Below are positions 28,683-38,897 of a DNA stretch of 64,000 bases, piece after piece; the stretch's first letter is position 1, and each line of letters starts with the position of its first letter. Source of the DNA: an uncultured Gemmatimonadales bacterium (GTDB lineage: Bacteria > Gemmatimonadota > Gemmatimonadetes > Gemmatimonadales > GWC2-71-9); contig CAVSLV010000001.1 of assembly GCA_963728915.1 (NCBI GenBank), forward strand, positions 1,344,001 to 1,408,000. Direction: 5' to 3'. The notes below the pieces were generated by a model. The model searched no databases. It was not told where the DNA came from and saw only the letters and a program-made list of their open reading frames with translations. A program made the translations under genes and the position numbers.

Positions 28683-29528
28683 TTACGCTCCGCCGGTTGC
28701 TTTGCCGCGCCGCCGCCCGCGAACAATGTGCTTGTTGGAGGCCTTCTTCCGCTTCCGGGTCTTCACGCCCTCGGGCTTGCCCCAGGGCGAGACCGGAGGA
28801 CGCCCGCCCGAGCTCTTCCCTTCGCCGCCGCCCAGGGGGTGGTCGACCGGGTTCTTGGCGACCCCGCGCACCTTGGGGCGCCGGCCCAGCCAGCGGGTCT
28901 TGCCCGCCTTGCCGACCGAGAGCAGCTCGTGCTCGGCGTTCCCGACCTCGCCGATCGTGGCGAGGCAGCGGGCGTGCACCAGCCGCATTTCGGTTGACTT
29001 GAGCCGGAGGGTGACGTAGTCCCCTTCCCGCGCGACGACCTGGGCCAGCTGCCCGGCGCTGCGGGCCATCTGCCCCCCTTTGCCGGGCTTGAGCTCGATG
29101 TTGTGCACCGAGGTGCCCAGGGGGATCTCACCAAGCGGCAACGCATTGCCGACCCGTGCGTCGCTCCCGGGACCCGACATCACCGAGTCGCCCTGACGGA
29201 GGCCATTCGGATGCAGGATGTATCGCTTTTCCCCGTCCGCGTACACCAGCAGCGCAATCCGCGCACTCCGGTTCGGATCGTATTCGATCTCGGCCACCCG
29301 CGCGGGTATCCCGTATTTGTTGCGCTTGAAGTCGATCTTCCGGTAGTGGCGCCGATGGCCACCCCCAAGCGCGCGCATGGTCACGTGACCGAGGTTGTTC
29401 CGGCCGCCCGACTTGCGCAACGGCTCGAGCAGGGACTTCTCGGGCGTGGCTCGGGTGATCTCGTCGAATCCGGAGACCGAGCGAAACCGGGTGCCCGCGG
29501 TCATGGGACGGAATTGCCGGATACTCAT
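28683..29528 (-). CDS. rplB: 50S ribosomal protein L2
   Basis: [30 protein letters not shown]. Confidence 0.98.
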   Translation of the reverse strand: MSIRQFRPMTAGTRFRSVSGFDEITRATPEKSLLEPLRKSGGRNNLGHVTMRALGGGHRRHYRKIDFKRNKYGIPARVAEIEYDPNRSARIALLVYADGEKRYILHPNGLRQGDSVMSGPGSDARVGNALPLGEIPLGTSVHNIELKPGKGGQMARSAGQLAQVVAREGDYVTLRLKSTEMRLVHARCLATIGEVGNAEHELLSVGKAGKTRWLGRRPKVRGVAKNPVDHPLGGGEGKSSGGRPPVSPWGKPEGVKTRKRKKASNKHIVRGRRRGKATGGA

Positions 29529-29529
29529 C

Positions 29530-29814
29530 TCAGCCCTCGAAGATCGGGAGGGACTCGCCCTCCTTGAGAGTCACGATCGCCTTCTTCCAGGCGCCGGTCT
29601 TCCCGCGAACCCGGCCCCGGATCACCTCGCGCCGCCGCATCTGCATCGTGCGCACCGCGGTGACGTGCACTCCGAACTGCCGCTCCAGCGCGTCGGAGAT
29701 CTGGTGCTTGTTCGAAGCCGGATGGACCTCGAACGCATACTCTTTCCGGTTCTGATACGCCGCCGAGCTCTTCTCGGTGATCAGCGGGCGCACGACCACA
29801 TCGCGAAACGCCAT
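29530..29814 (-). CDS. rplW: 50S ribosomal protein L23
   Basis: [15 protein letters not shown]. Confidence 0.97.
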   Translation of the reverse strand: MAFRDVVVRPLITEKSSAAYQNRKEYAFEVHPASNKHQISDALERQFGVHVTAVRTMQMRRREVIRGRVRGKTGAWKKAIVTLKEGESLPIFEG

Positions 29815-29817
29815 CGG

Positions 29818-30645
29818 TTACTCCTTCTTCTTCGGCGGACGGGCGGACTTCTTGGGCGGGCGGGCGGAACGGCGGACCGGCGGACTGCTCTTCTTGGCGG
29901 TCGTCTTCTTCGCGGCCTTCTTCGCAACCGGCCTCTTCGCAGCAGGCTTCTTCCCGCCCGTGCTCTTCCGTCCGCCAGTCTCCCGTTCCGCCGGTCCGTC
30001 TTCCTGTCCGCCGGTCCGCCCGTCCGCCGGTCCGACCTCTCCGAACGCCCCTTGCTCCACCACCACCGCATCGGCCCAGATCACATCGTAGGCGTTCGCC
30101 TCGCCGAAGGTCATCACCCGCGCCATCGGGAGATTCCGTCCCGACAGATACAGGTTCCGGTTCATCCCGTTGGTCAGCACCAGCACCTTCTGGTCGGCGA
30201 GCCCCATCTTGTTGAGCAACCCGGCGAGTTCCCGGGTCTTGGGCTCGGCGAGCTGGACCGGGTCGACCACCAGAAGATTGCCCTCTCGGGCCCGCGCATT
30301 CAGCGCCGAGCGTCGCGCCAGCATCCGGATCTTCCGGGGAAGCCCGGCGCGATAGTCCCGGGGGATCGGGCCGAACACGGTCCCGCCTCCCCGCCAGAGC
30401 GGAGAGCGGATCGATCCCTGCCGGGCCCGCCCGGTGCCCTTCTGGCGCCATGGCTTCTTGTTCCCGCCCGAGATGAAGCTTCGGGTCTTGGTCTTCGCAG
30501 TCCCCTGCCGCTGATTCCCCAGGAAGGTCTTCACCGCCTGGTGCAGCGCGCTCTCATGGACGGCGCCATCGAAGAGGTCGGCAGGCAGGGCGAACCCGCC
30601 CTTGTGCTTGCTCCCGTTCGCGGAGTAGTGCGGTGCCTCAATCAT
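29818..30645 (-). CDS. rplD: 50S ribosomal protein L4 with long C-terminal tail
   Basis: RQGTAKTKTR, KPWRQKGTGRARQGS, WRGGG..FGP. Confidence 0.97.
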   Translation of the reverse strand: MIEAPHYSANGSKHKGGFALPADLFDGAVHESALHQAVKTFLGNQRQGTAKTKTRSFISGGNKKPWRQKGTGRARQGSIRSPLWRGGGTVFGPIPRDYRAGLPRKIRMLARRSALNARAREGNLLVVDPVQLAEPKTRELAGLLNKMGLADQKVLVLTNGMNRNLYLSGRNLPMARVMTFGEANAYDVIWADAVVVEQGAFGEVGPADGRTGGQEDGPAERETGGRKSTGGKKPAAKRPVAKKAAKKTTAKKSSPPVRRSARPPKKSARPPKKKE

Positions 30646-31261
30646 GACGGCTCCTCCCTCCCTGCTTCGCGACCATGACGATGCCGTTCTTCGATCCGGG
30701 GACCGCGCCGCGGATGAAGAGCAGATGGCGCTCCGCGTCCACCCGGACCACCCGAAGGCCCATCTCGGTGTGGCGGCGGTCGCCCATGTGCCCCGGCAGC
30801 CGCTTTCCCTTGATGACTCGGGAAGGATCGGTGCCCGGGCTGATCGACCCCGGCTTCCGGTGCCTGGTGTTCCCGTGCGACGCCGGCCCACCGCCAGCGT
30901 GATACCGGTGCACCATGCCCTGGAAGCCGCGCCCCTTGGAGGTACCGGTCACCTTGACCAGCTCACCGGGAGCGAAGATTCCGACCGTCACCTCCGCGCC
31001 GGGGGCCGGCGCATCTCCCACCAGGTCAAAGCTCCGCACCACGTGGGGCGCGGCCTCGAGCCCGGCCTTCTTCGCATGGCCCAGCTCGGCCCGGGTGGCC
31101 CGCTGCTTCCGGCGGGTTCCGAATCCGAGCTGCACCGCCTGGTCCCGCACCTGGACCACCTGACAGGGCCCCGCCTGCACGATGGTCACGGGGATGGCGG
31201 CGCCATCTTCGGTGAACACGCGGGTCATGCCGAGCTTGCGGCCGATGAGTCCGTTGGTCAT
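30638..31261 (-). CDS. rplC: 50S ribosomal protein L3
   Basis: GRKLGMT, GTSKGRGFQG, GPASHG, KRLPGHMG. Confidence 0.97.
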   Translation of the reverse strand: MTNGLIGRKLGMTRVFTEDGAAIPVTIVQAGPCQVVQVRDQAVQLGFGTRRKQRATRAELGHAKKAGLEAAPHVVRSFDLVGDAPAPGAEVTVGIFAPGELVKVTGTSKGRGFQGMVHRYHAGGGPASHGNTRHRKPGSISPGTDPSRVIKGKRLPGHMGDRRHTEMGLRVVRVDAERHLLFIRGAVPGSKNGIVMVAKQGGRSRHD

Positions 31262-31271
31262 CGCCTCTCCC

Positions 31272-31580
31272 TCACCCAACCTTGATCTCGACGTCCACGC
31301 CGGCCGGGAGATCGAGCTTGGTCAGCGCATCCATGGTCTGGGGGCGCGAATCGTTGATGTCGAGCAGCCGCTTATGAGTCCGGAGCTCGAACTGCTCCCG
31401 GCTCTTCTTGTCGATGTGCGGGCTTCGCAGCACGGTCCACCGCTCCATCTTCACCGGGAGCGGAATGGGACCGGACACCTGCGCGCCGGTCTTCTCGACC
31501 GTGCGCACGATATCGGCCGCGGCCTGATCGAGAATGACGTGGTCGAATGCCTTGAGGCGGATTCGGATTTTGCCTGCCAT
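31272..31580 (-). CDS. rpsJ: 30S ribosomal protein S10
   Basis: [23 protein letters not shown]. Confidence 0.98.
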   Translation of the reverse strand: MAGKIRIRLKAFDHVILDQAAADIVRTVEKTGAQVSGPIPLPVKMERWTVLRSPHIDKKSREQFELRTHKRLLDINDSRPQTMDALTKLDLPAGVDVEIKVG

Positions 31581-31590
31581 ATCAAATCTC

Positions 31591-31662
31591 CGTCGGACAG
31601 TGAGGTCGGTGGGGTCGGTGGGGTCGGGTCTGACCTCACTGACCTCCCTGACCTCCCTGACC

Positions 31663-31666
<4 letters not shown>
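31591..31666. repeat. Nonamer tandem-repeat hairpin between tuf and rpsJ
   Basis: Minus strand TGA(stop) ggtcaggga ggtcaggga ggtcagtga ggtcaga .. ccccaccga ccccaccga cctcactg. Confidence 0.85.
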
Positions 31667-32865
<1,199 letters not shown>

Positions 32866-32870
32866 GGCGG

Positions 32871-34967
32871 TTATCCCTTTACTTTCGCGATGATCTGTTC
32901 CGACACTGATTTCGGTACTTCTGCATAGTGATCGAACTGCATCGAGTACACCGCCCGCCCCTGGGTCATGCTCCGGAGCTGGGTCGAGTACCCGAACATT
33001 TCCGCTAACGGCACTTCGCCGGCGACGACCTGGGCATCCCCCCGCTGGGTCATGCCGCCGATCTTGCCCCGCCGGCTGGTGAGGTCGCCGATGACGTCTC
33101 CCAGGAATTCGGACGGCGTCACCACTTCCACCTCCATGATCGGCTCGAGCAGCACCGGGTGGGCCGCCCGGGCCGCCTCCTTGAACGCCATCGACCCCGC
33201 GATCTTGAAGGCCATTTCGGAGCTGTCCACGTCGTGGTAGCTGCCGAACACCAGGGAGACCTTCACGTCCACGACCGGGTACCCCGCCAGCACCCCGGTC
33301 TCCAGCGCTTCCTTGATCCCGGCTTCCACCGGTCGGATATATTCGCGCGGAATCACCCCGCCCACAATGTTGTCTTCGAACAGGAACCCGGCGCCCTGTT
33401 CGGCCGGCTCGAGGTCGATGACCACGTGCCCGTACTGGCCCCGGCCGCCCGACTGGCGGATGAACTTCCCTTCGACCTGGGTGACTTTCTTCCGGACGGT
33501 TTCGCGGTAGGCAACCTGGGGCCGACCGACGTTGGCTTCGACCTTGAATTCGCGCTTCATGCGGTCGACGATGATCTCGAGGTGGAGCTCGCCCATGCCG
33601 GCAATGATGGTCTGTCCGGTCTCCTGGTCGCTCCGGACCCGGAAGGTCGGATCCTCCTCGGCCAGCTTCTGGAGCGCGATGCCCAGCTTGTCCTGATCGG
33701 CCCGGGTCTTCGGCTCGATGGCGACGTCGATCACCGGGTTCGGGAATTTCATCGCCTCGAGGATGACCGGGTCGTTCTCGTCGGAGAGGGTATCTCCGGT
33801 CCGGGTTTCCTTGAGCCCGATCGCGGCGGCAATGTCTCCGGCGAGCACTTCCTCGATCTCGTCCCGCTTGTTGGCGTGCATCTGGAGCAACCGACCGATC
33901 CGCTCCCGCTTGTCCTTGGTGCTGTTGTAGACGTAGCTCCCCGACTTGATCGAGCCGGAATAGACCCGGAAATAGGTCAGCCGGCCGACGAAGGGATCGG
34001 TCGCGACCTTGAAGGCCAGCGCGGCGAACGGAGCCTCGTCCGAAGCCGGCCGGAGCACGTGGGTCTCGTCGTGGGTGGGGAGATGGCCCTGGACCGGCTT
34101 GATGTCGATGGGGCTGGGGAGATAGTCGACCACCGCGTCGATCAGGGCCTGTACGCCCTTGTTCTTGAAGGACGCGCCGCAAAGGACCGGCACGATCCCG
34201 CCGGCGCAGGTCGCCTTCCGGAGGGCGGTCTGGATTTCCTCGATGGAAAGCTCGGCGCCTCCCAGATACTTCTCCATCAGCTTGTCGTCGAATTCGACCG
34301 CGGCTTCGATCACTTCGTGGCGGGCCTTCTCGACCGCCTCCTTGAACTTGTCGGGCACCGGCATCTCGGTGAAGGTCTTGCCGAGGCTCACCTCGTCGAA
34401 GATGCGCTCGACCCGACGGAGCACGTCGATGTGGCCGGTGAAGAGCTCGCCCGATCCGACCGGAAGCTGAATGGCGTAGGCCCGCCGGGTGAGCCGCTCC
34501 CGGATCATCGTCATGCAGCGATCGAAGTCGGCCCCGACCCGGTCCATCTTGTTGGCGAAGATGATCCGGGGCACCCCGTATCGATCGGCCTGGCGCCACA
34601 CCGTCTCGGTCTGGGGCTCGACCCCAGCCACCGAGTCGAGCAGGGTGACCGCGCCGTCCAGCACGCGGAGGGAGCGCTCCACCTCCACGGTGAAATCCAC
34701 GTGGCCCGGGGTATCGATGATGTTGATCCGGTGCTCCACCCCATCCCGGGTCCAGAAGCAGGTGGTCGCCGCGGAGGTGATGGTGATGCCCCGCTCCTGT
34801 TCCTGTTCCATCCAGTCCATGGTGGCGGCGCCCTCATGGACCTCACCGATCTTGTAGGTCTTGCCGGTGTAATAGAGGATACGCTCGGTCGTAGTCGTCT
34901 TCCCGGCATCGATGTGGGCCATGATGCCGATGTTGCGATAGCGTTCGAGCGGAGTTTCGCGAGCCAT
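32871..34967 (-). CDS. fusA: Elongation factor G
   Basis: [36 protein letters not shown]. Confidence 0.99.
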   Translation of the reverse strand: MARETPLERYRNIGIMAHIDAGKTTTTERILYYTGKTYKIGEVHEGAATMDWMEQEQERGITITSAATTCFWTRDGVEHRINIIDTPGHVDFTVEVERSLRVLDGAVTLLDSVAGVEPQTETVWRQADRYGVPRIIFANKMDRVGADFDRCMTMIRERLTRRAYAIQLPVGSGELFTGHIDVLRRVERIFDEVSLGKTFTEMPVPDKFKEAVEKARHEVIEAAVEFDDKLMEKYLGGAELSIEEIQTALRKATCAGGIVPVLCGASFKNKGVQALIDAVVDYLPSPIDIKPVQGHLPTHDETHVLRPASDEAPFAALAFKVATDPFVGRLTYFRVYSGSIKSGSYVYNSTKDKRERIGRLLQMHANKRDEIEEVLAGDIAAAIGLKETRTGDTLSDENDPVILEAMKFPNPVIDVAIEPKTRADQDKLGIALQKLAEEDPTFRVRSDQETGQTIIAGMGELHLEIIVDRMKREFKVEANVGRPQVAYRETVRKKVTQVEGKFIRQSGGRGQYGHVVIDLEPAEQGAGFLFEDNIVGGVIPREYIRPVEAGIKEALETGVLAGYPVVDVKVSLVFGSYHDVDSSEMAFKIAGSMAFKEAARAAHPVLLEPIMEVEVVTPSEFLGDVIGDLTSRRGKIGGMTQRGDAQVVAGEVPLAEMFGYSTQLRSMTQGRAVYSMQFDHYAEVPKSVSEQIIAKVKG

Positions 34968-34990
34968 AGTCTGCATGGGTACGTTCAACG

Positions 34991-35036
34991 AAAAAGCGGG
35001 GCGACCGACCCGGATCATCCGGTGGTATCGCTCCGC
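34991..35036 (-). terminator. Terminator/attenuator-like hairpin plus U5 just upstream of fusA
   Basis: Minus strand GCGGAGCGA..CCGGAT G ATCCGG..TCGCCCCGC TTTTT. Confidence 0.5.
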
Positions 35037-35150
35037 GCACATCCCGGGCGATTTGCCCAGGGATGGAGATCTTCCTGGAAGATCTCACGCGTTGTCTTTG
35101 GAGGGCTGGAGGTGGTGCACGGCGCACCGCACATCACTCAGCCCGTTTTT

Positions 35151-35176
35151 CCCTACTCCCTAGCCCCCAGCCCCTA
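35151..35176. repeat. Heptamer repeats starting at the rpsG stop codon
   Basis: Minus strand TAGGGGC TGGGGGC TAGGGAG TAGGG. Confidence 0.7.
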
Positions 35177-35644
35177 CCATCGATAATGCGCGAAAGCCCG
35201 ATTCGCTTCCGCCATCCGGTGCGTGTCTTCCTTCTTCTTGATCGAGTTCCCCTCGCCCCGGGAGGCCAGAATCAGCTCCGCGGCCAACCGTTCCGCCATC
35301 GTCTTCTCGGTACGTCCGCGCGCGAAGGTGATGATCCATCGCATGGCGAGCGCGGTGCGCCGCTCCGGCCGCACTTCGACCGGGACCTGGAGCGAGGCAC
35401 CACCGACGCGGCGGCTCTTCACCTCGAGGGACGGCTTCACGTTCGCCACCGCCTGCTTGAACACCGTCACCCCCGGCTGACCGGTGCGCTCTTCGATCAG
35501 ATCCATCGCCTTGTAGAAGATCCCCTCGGAGAGCGACTTCTTGCCCTCGTACATCAGGTCATTGACGAACTTGGAGACCGTCTGGCTATCGTAGCGCGGA
35601 TCGGGCGGGACCGTCCGCTTCACCGTGTTGGTGCGCCGGCTCAC
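35174..35644 (-). CDS. rpsG: 30S ribosomal protein S7
   Basis: [25 protein letters not shown]. Confidence 0.98.
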   Translation of the reverse strand: MSRRTNTVKRTVPPDPRYDSQTVSKFVNDLMYEGKKSLSEGIFYKAMDLIEERTGQPGVTVFKQAVANVKPSLEVKSRRVGGASLQVPVEVRPERRTALAMRWIITFARGRTEKTMAERLAAELILASRGEGNSIKKKEDTHRMAEANRAFAHYRW

Positions 35645-36030
35645 TTCTCACCCTTGCCTTCCTTGGGGGCCTTGGCGCCGTACTTCGAGCGGCTCTGCTT
35701 GCGGCCATTCACGCCGGCGGCATCGAGCGTCCCGCGCACGATGTGATAGCGCACGCCGGGGAGGTCCTTGACCCGCCCACCCCGGATCAGCACGATCGAG
35801 TGCTCCTGGAGGTTGTGCCCTTCTCCCGGGATGTAGGCAATGACTTCGAAGCCATTGGTGAGTCGGACCTTGGCCACCTTCCGAAGCGCCGAATTGGGCT
35901 TCTTGGGCGTCGTGGTATACACCCTGGTGCACACCCCCCGCCGAAACGGGTTCGACTTGAGGGCCGGTGATTTGTCTTTGCCGACCGGGATCTTGCGGCC
36001 CCGGCGGACCAACTGGTTGATCGTGGGCAT
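35641..36030 (-). CDS. rpsL: 30S ribosomal protein S12
   Basis: [29 protein letters not shown]. Confidence 0.99.
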   Translation of the reverse strand: MPTINQLVRRGRKIPVGKDKSPALKSNPFRRGVCTRVYTTTPKKPNSALRKVAKVRLTNGFEVIAYIPGEGHNLQEHSIVLIRGGRVKDLPGVRYHIVRGTLDAAGVNGRKQSRSKYGAKAPKEGKGEK

Positions 36031-36095
36031 TGGGGCTCGGGCAGAACCTTTCCTAAACCGTGGGGCCAATTGCCCCGTTTTTGGCACAGACTCTT

Positions 36096-36124
36096 AAAAT
36101 AGAGGCACTTACGCGTCAGGTCAA
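36096..36124 (-). promoter_or_regulatory. sigma70 promoter of the str operon
   Basis: TTGACC-17 nt-TATTTT about 65 nt upstream of the rpsL ATG. Confidence 0.65.
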
Positions 36125-36127
36125 CGG

Positions 36128-36661
36128 CTACTCCTCCTCCCCACGCCGGGGGGAGATGCCAGGAGCCGTGTCGGTAAATAGCGGCGTCATTGGGCGTTTC
36201 CGGCCACTCCAATCCGGCCTTCGGGATCTCCGGACCGAGGTCCAACCCGCCAGGAGGGCGATCACGGTGAACAGAGCCAGGGGAACGCCCGCGAGCACCA
36301 CCCCGAGGTCGATCGAGTGACCCGGCACCGTGTTCCGGAGGGTCAGCCCGTCCCGGGCGAGCACCGGCAGACAGAGGAACGCGCCGGCGGCCAGGACCAG
36401 GTTCAGCCATCCCATGAGGCGGAGCCCTCGCCGGTCCTCGAGCCTGATGACCGCAGAGAACAAGAGGGCGTCGATCACAATCATCCACCCGGCGCGGCTG
36501 GCGAGGACATTCAAGAATCGGAAGCGCCAGGCGGCGGACCTTGGCTGGATCGGAACCTGACCCATACGGGCCAGCAACTCGAATCCCTGGTTGAAAACGA
36601 TCACGACTGCGGCCACATAGAGCAGCCTCACCAGCGGACGGATTCGCGCGTCGGAAAGCAT
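36128..36661 (-). CDS. Hypothetical membrane protein (about 4 TM helices)
   Basis: Four hydrophobic segments; AGGA immediately before ATG. Confidence 0.65.
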   Translation of the reverse strand: MLSDARIRPLVRLLYVAAVVIVFNQGFELLARMGQVPIQPRSAAWRFRFLNVLASRAGWMIVIDALLFSAVIRLEDRRGLRLMGWLNLVLAAGAFLCLPVLARDGLTLRNTVPGHSIDLGVVLAGVPLALFTVIALLAGWTSVRRSRRPDWSGRKRPMTPLFTDTAPGISPRRGEEE

Positions 36662-36733
36662 TCCTGGCTCGGGGGTTTGAGAATGAGACGAGCTAATCTA
36701 ACTTTTCCTGGCGTTTCATTGGGTTGGAGTCAC

Positions 36734-38890
36734 ATGGGTCTTCGCATTGTTCGGGCTGCCGCCCTGCTCGCTCTGGTTGCCGCAACATCCCACTGCGGAG
36801 GAGGACCCACCGGACCAAGCGAGCCAACCACGTTGGAATTCGTCAGCGGTTCAGACCAGCAGGGCCAGGTTGGCGCGGCCCTCGGTACCAAGATCATCGT
36901 CAAAGCCACCAATTCCAAAGGACCCGTCGCCGGAGTGACCATCACCATGGCGACCGAAAGCCCGGGAGGCGGCTCGGTTTCGCCTCATTCCGGAACGACC
37001 GCCCAGGATGGCACCGCGCAATTCACCTGGAGTCTGGGCAGCAAGGTCGGTACCCAGATCCTCACCGCCAGCTATACCGGCACCACGTCGGTCATCTCGA
37101 CATTGACCGCGGTCGCCACCGCCGGCGCCGCAGCCGCGGTCCTCGGTACCACCGATCAGTTCCAGCTCGTGGTCGTTGGCCATGCCGTCACCGTCCTTCC
37201 GGCCGTTCAGGTCACCGATGGGCTCGGAAACCCGATCGCGGGCGTTCCAGTCACCTTTGAAGCCCTGGTGGCCGGGTCCACGCTGGCTGGGACGTCGCAA
37301 ACCTCCAACGCCCAGGGCATGGCCACCCTGGGTGGATGGACCATTGGAAACGAGGCACAGAGCTACACGGTGCGGGCCTCGATTCCCGGTAGCGCCTCGG
37401 CGCAATTCGAGGCGCGGGGCATCCCCGCATTGCTCTCGGTTGTCGAGGGCGGGGGCCAGAGCACCAATGCCGGCACCGCCGTCCCGGTCCTCCCGTCGGT
37501 CAAAGCCACGCGGGATGACGGAACTCCGCTAGCGAACGTCCCGGTGGATTTCATCGTGCTTTCGGGCGGCGGTTCGGTGAGCGGAGGCGCGGCTTCAACC
37601 GGCACAGACGGAATTGCCCGCCCCACCCGGTGGGTGCTCGGCGCGAACCCGGGAGCCAATCGGCTCCAGGCAATCGCCCAGGGCCGCCCCGCCGTTGCGT
37701 TCGATGCCACCGGTGTTCTCGCGACCCCGGCGCAGATTGTCGCCGGGGGCGGCGCGCTTTCAGGGTTCTTCGGGAATTATCTCGCCTCGAATCCCCAGGT
37801 GACGGTGCTGGATGCGCAGGGCAATCCGGTCGCGGGCACCGCGGTGACTTTTCAGGTCACCGATGGCGGCGGCCGGGTCACCCAGCCCGCCGGAACCACC
37901 GACTACCTGGGACGCGCCGGGACCAGCAGCTGGCGGCTCGGAACCGCGGGAGCCCAGACGGTCTCGGCTACGATCGGCGCGCTGGCGCCGGTCTCCTTCA
38001 CCGCGCAGGCGAGCACTCCCCCGGCCTCCACCTTCAAGCTCGAAGTGCGCTACGCGGTGGGCACCACCCCGAATGCCGCGCAACAAGCGGCGTTCGATGC
38101 GGCGGTGGCCCGGTGGAAGACCCTGGTCCTGTCCGGGGCGCCGCCCTATCAGGTCGTTCCCGACGACCTCGATCCCACGGGGGAGTGTCCCTCGATGCTC
38201 AACGAAACGGTCGATGGAACCGTGGTCTACGTCCGGATCCAGAACCTCGGCAACGCGAATATCCTGGGAGCGACCGGGCTCTGCGTGATCCGCGACCAGG
38301 GATTCCTGCCGGTCCAGGCGATCATGTATCTCAATTCCACCGCGGTCGCGAACCTCGAGACGAATGGCCTCCTGGCCCCGGTCGTTCTCCACGAGATCGC
38401 ACACGCGCTCGGCTACGGAACCCTGTGGAGCGTCAGTGTTCCGGGGCTGGGCTCGATCCAGCTCATTCAAGGCGGCGGGAACTGCTCTTCTCCGGCCACC
38501 AATCCCACCTTCAGCGGGCCTTCGGCGATCAGCGCCTTCTACGGGTCCGTCGCGCCTGGATCGGCGTTCACCGGTACACCGGTCCCGATCGAGAACAGCG
38601 GCGGTTGCGGTACCGCGTATTCGCACTGGCGGAAGACCACCTTCGGCCCCGAGCTTCTGACCGGATACCTGACGAGCGGCGTGGTGGCTCCCCTCTCCGC
38701 CATCACGATTCGCTCGATCGCTGATCTCGGTTATGTGGTCAACGATGCCATGGCGGACAGCTATTCGTTCCAGGCCTTCGTGCAGGAAATCACGGCAGCC
38801 CAGCTTCAGCTCATCGAGCTGCCCTGGCAGGGCACGACCCGGGTAATCGATCGGACTGGCCGCACCGTGGCCAGGATTCCCTTCAAGTAG
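36734..38890 (+). CDS. Lipoprotein with Ig-like (Big_1-type) repeats and leishmanolysin/M8-like Zn metallopeptidase domain, paralog 1
   Basis: Signal ending ATSHC; about 4 repeats of V.V.D..GNPVAG..V.F....GG..T...G.A...W.LG; HEIAHALG, SHW, ELLTG. Confidence 0.8.
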   Translation: MGLRIVRAAALLALVAATSHCGGGPTGPSEPTTLEFVSGSDQQGQVGAALGTKIIVKATNSKGPVAGVTITMATESPGGGSVSPHSGTTAQDGTAQFTWSLGSKVGTQILTASYTGTTSVISTLTAVATAGAAAAVLGTTDQFQLVVVGHAVTVLPAVQVTDGLGNPIAGVPVTFEALVAGSTLAGTSQTSNAQGMATLGGWTIGNEAQSYTVRASIPGSASAQFEARGIPALLSVVEGGGQSTNAGTAVPVLPSVKATRDDGTPLANVPVDFIVLSGGGSVSGGAASTGTDGIARPTRWVLGANPGANRLQAIAQGRPAVAFDATGVLATPAQIVAGGGALSGFFGNYLASNPQVTVLDAQGNPVAGTAVTFQVTDGGGRVTQPAGTTDYLGRAGTSSWRLGTAGAQTVSATIGALAPVSFTAQASTPPASTFKLEVRYAVGTTPNAAQQAAFDAAVARWKTLVLSGAPPYQVVPDDLDPTGECPSMLNETVDGTVVYVRIQNLGNANILGATGLCVIRDQGFLPVQAIMYLNSTAVANLETNGLLAPVVLHEIAHALGYGTLWSVSVPGLGSIQLIQGGGNCSSPATNPTFSGPSAISAFYGSVAPGSAFTGTPVPIENSGGCGTAYSHWRKTTFGPELLTGYLTSGVVAPLSAITIRSIADLGYVVNDAMADSYSFQAFVQEITAAQLQLIELPWQGTTRVIDRTGRTVARIPFK

Positions 38891-38897
38891 TGATCTG

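Noticed and set aside
35641..36030. Streptomycin-resistance changes in S12
   Set aside because: K42 (TPKKPNS) and K87 (RVKDLPG) equivalents are wild type.
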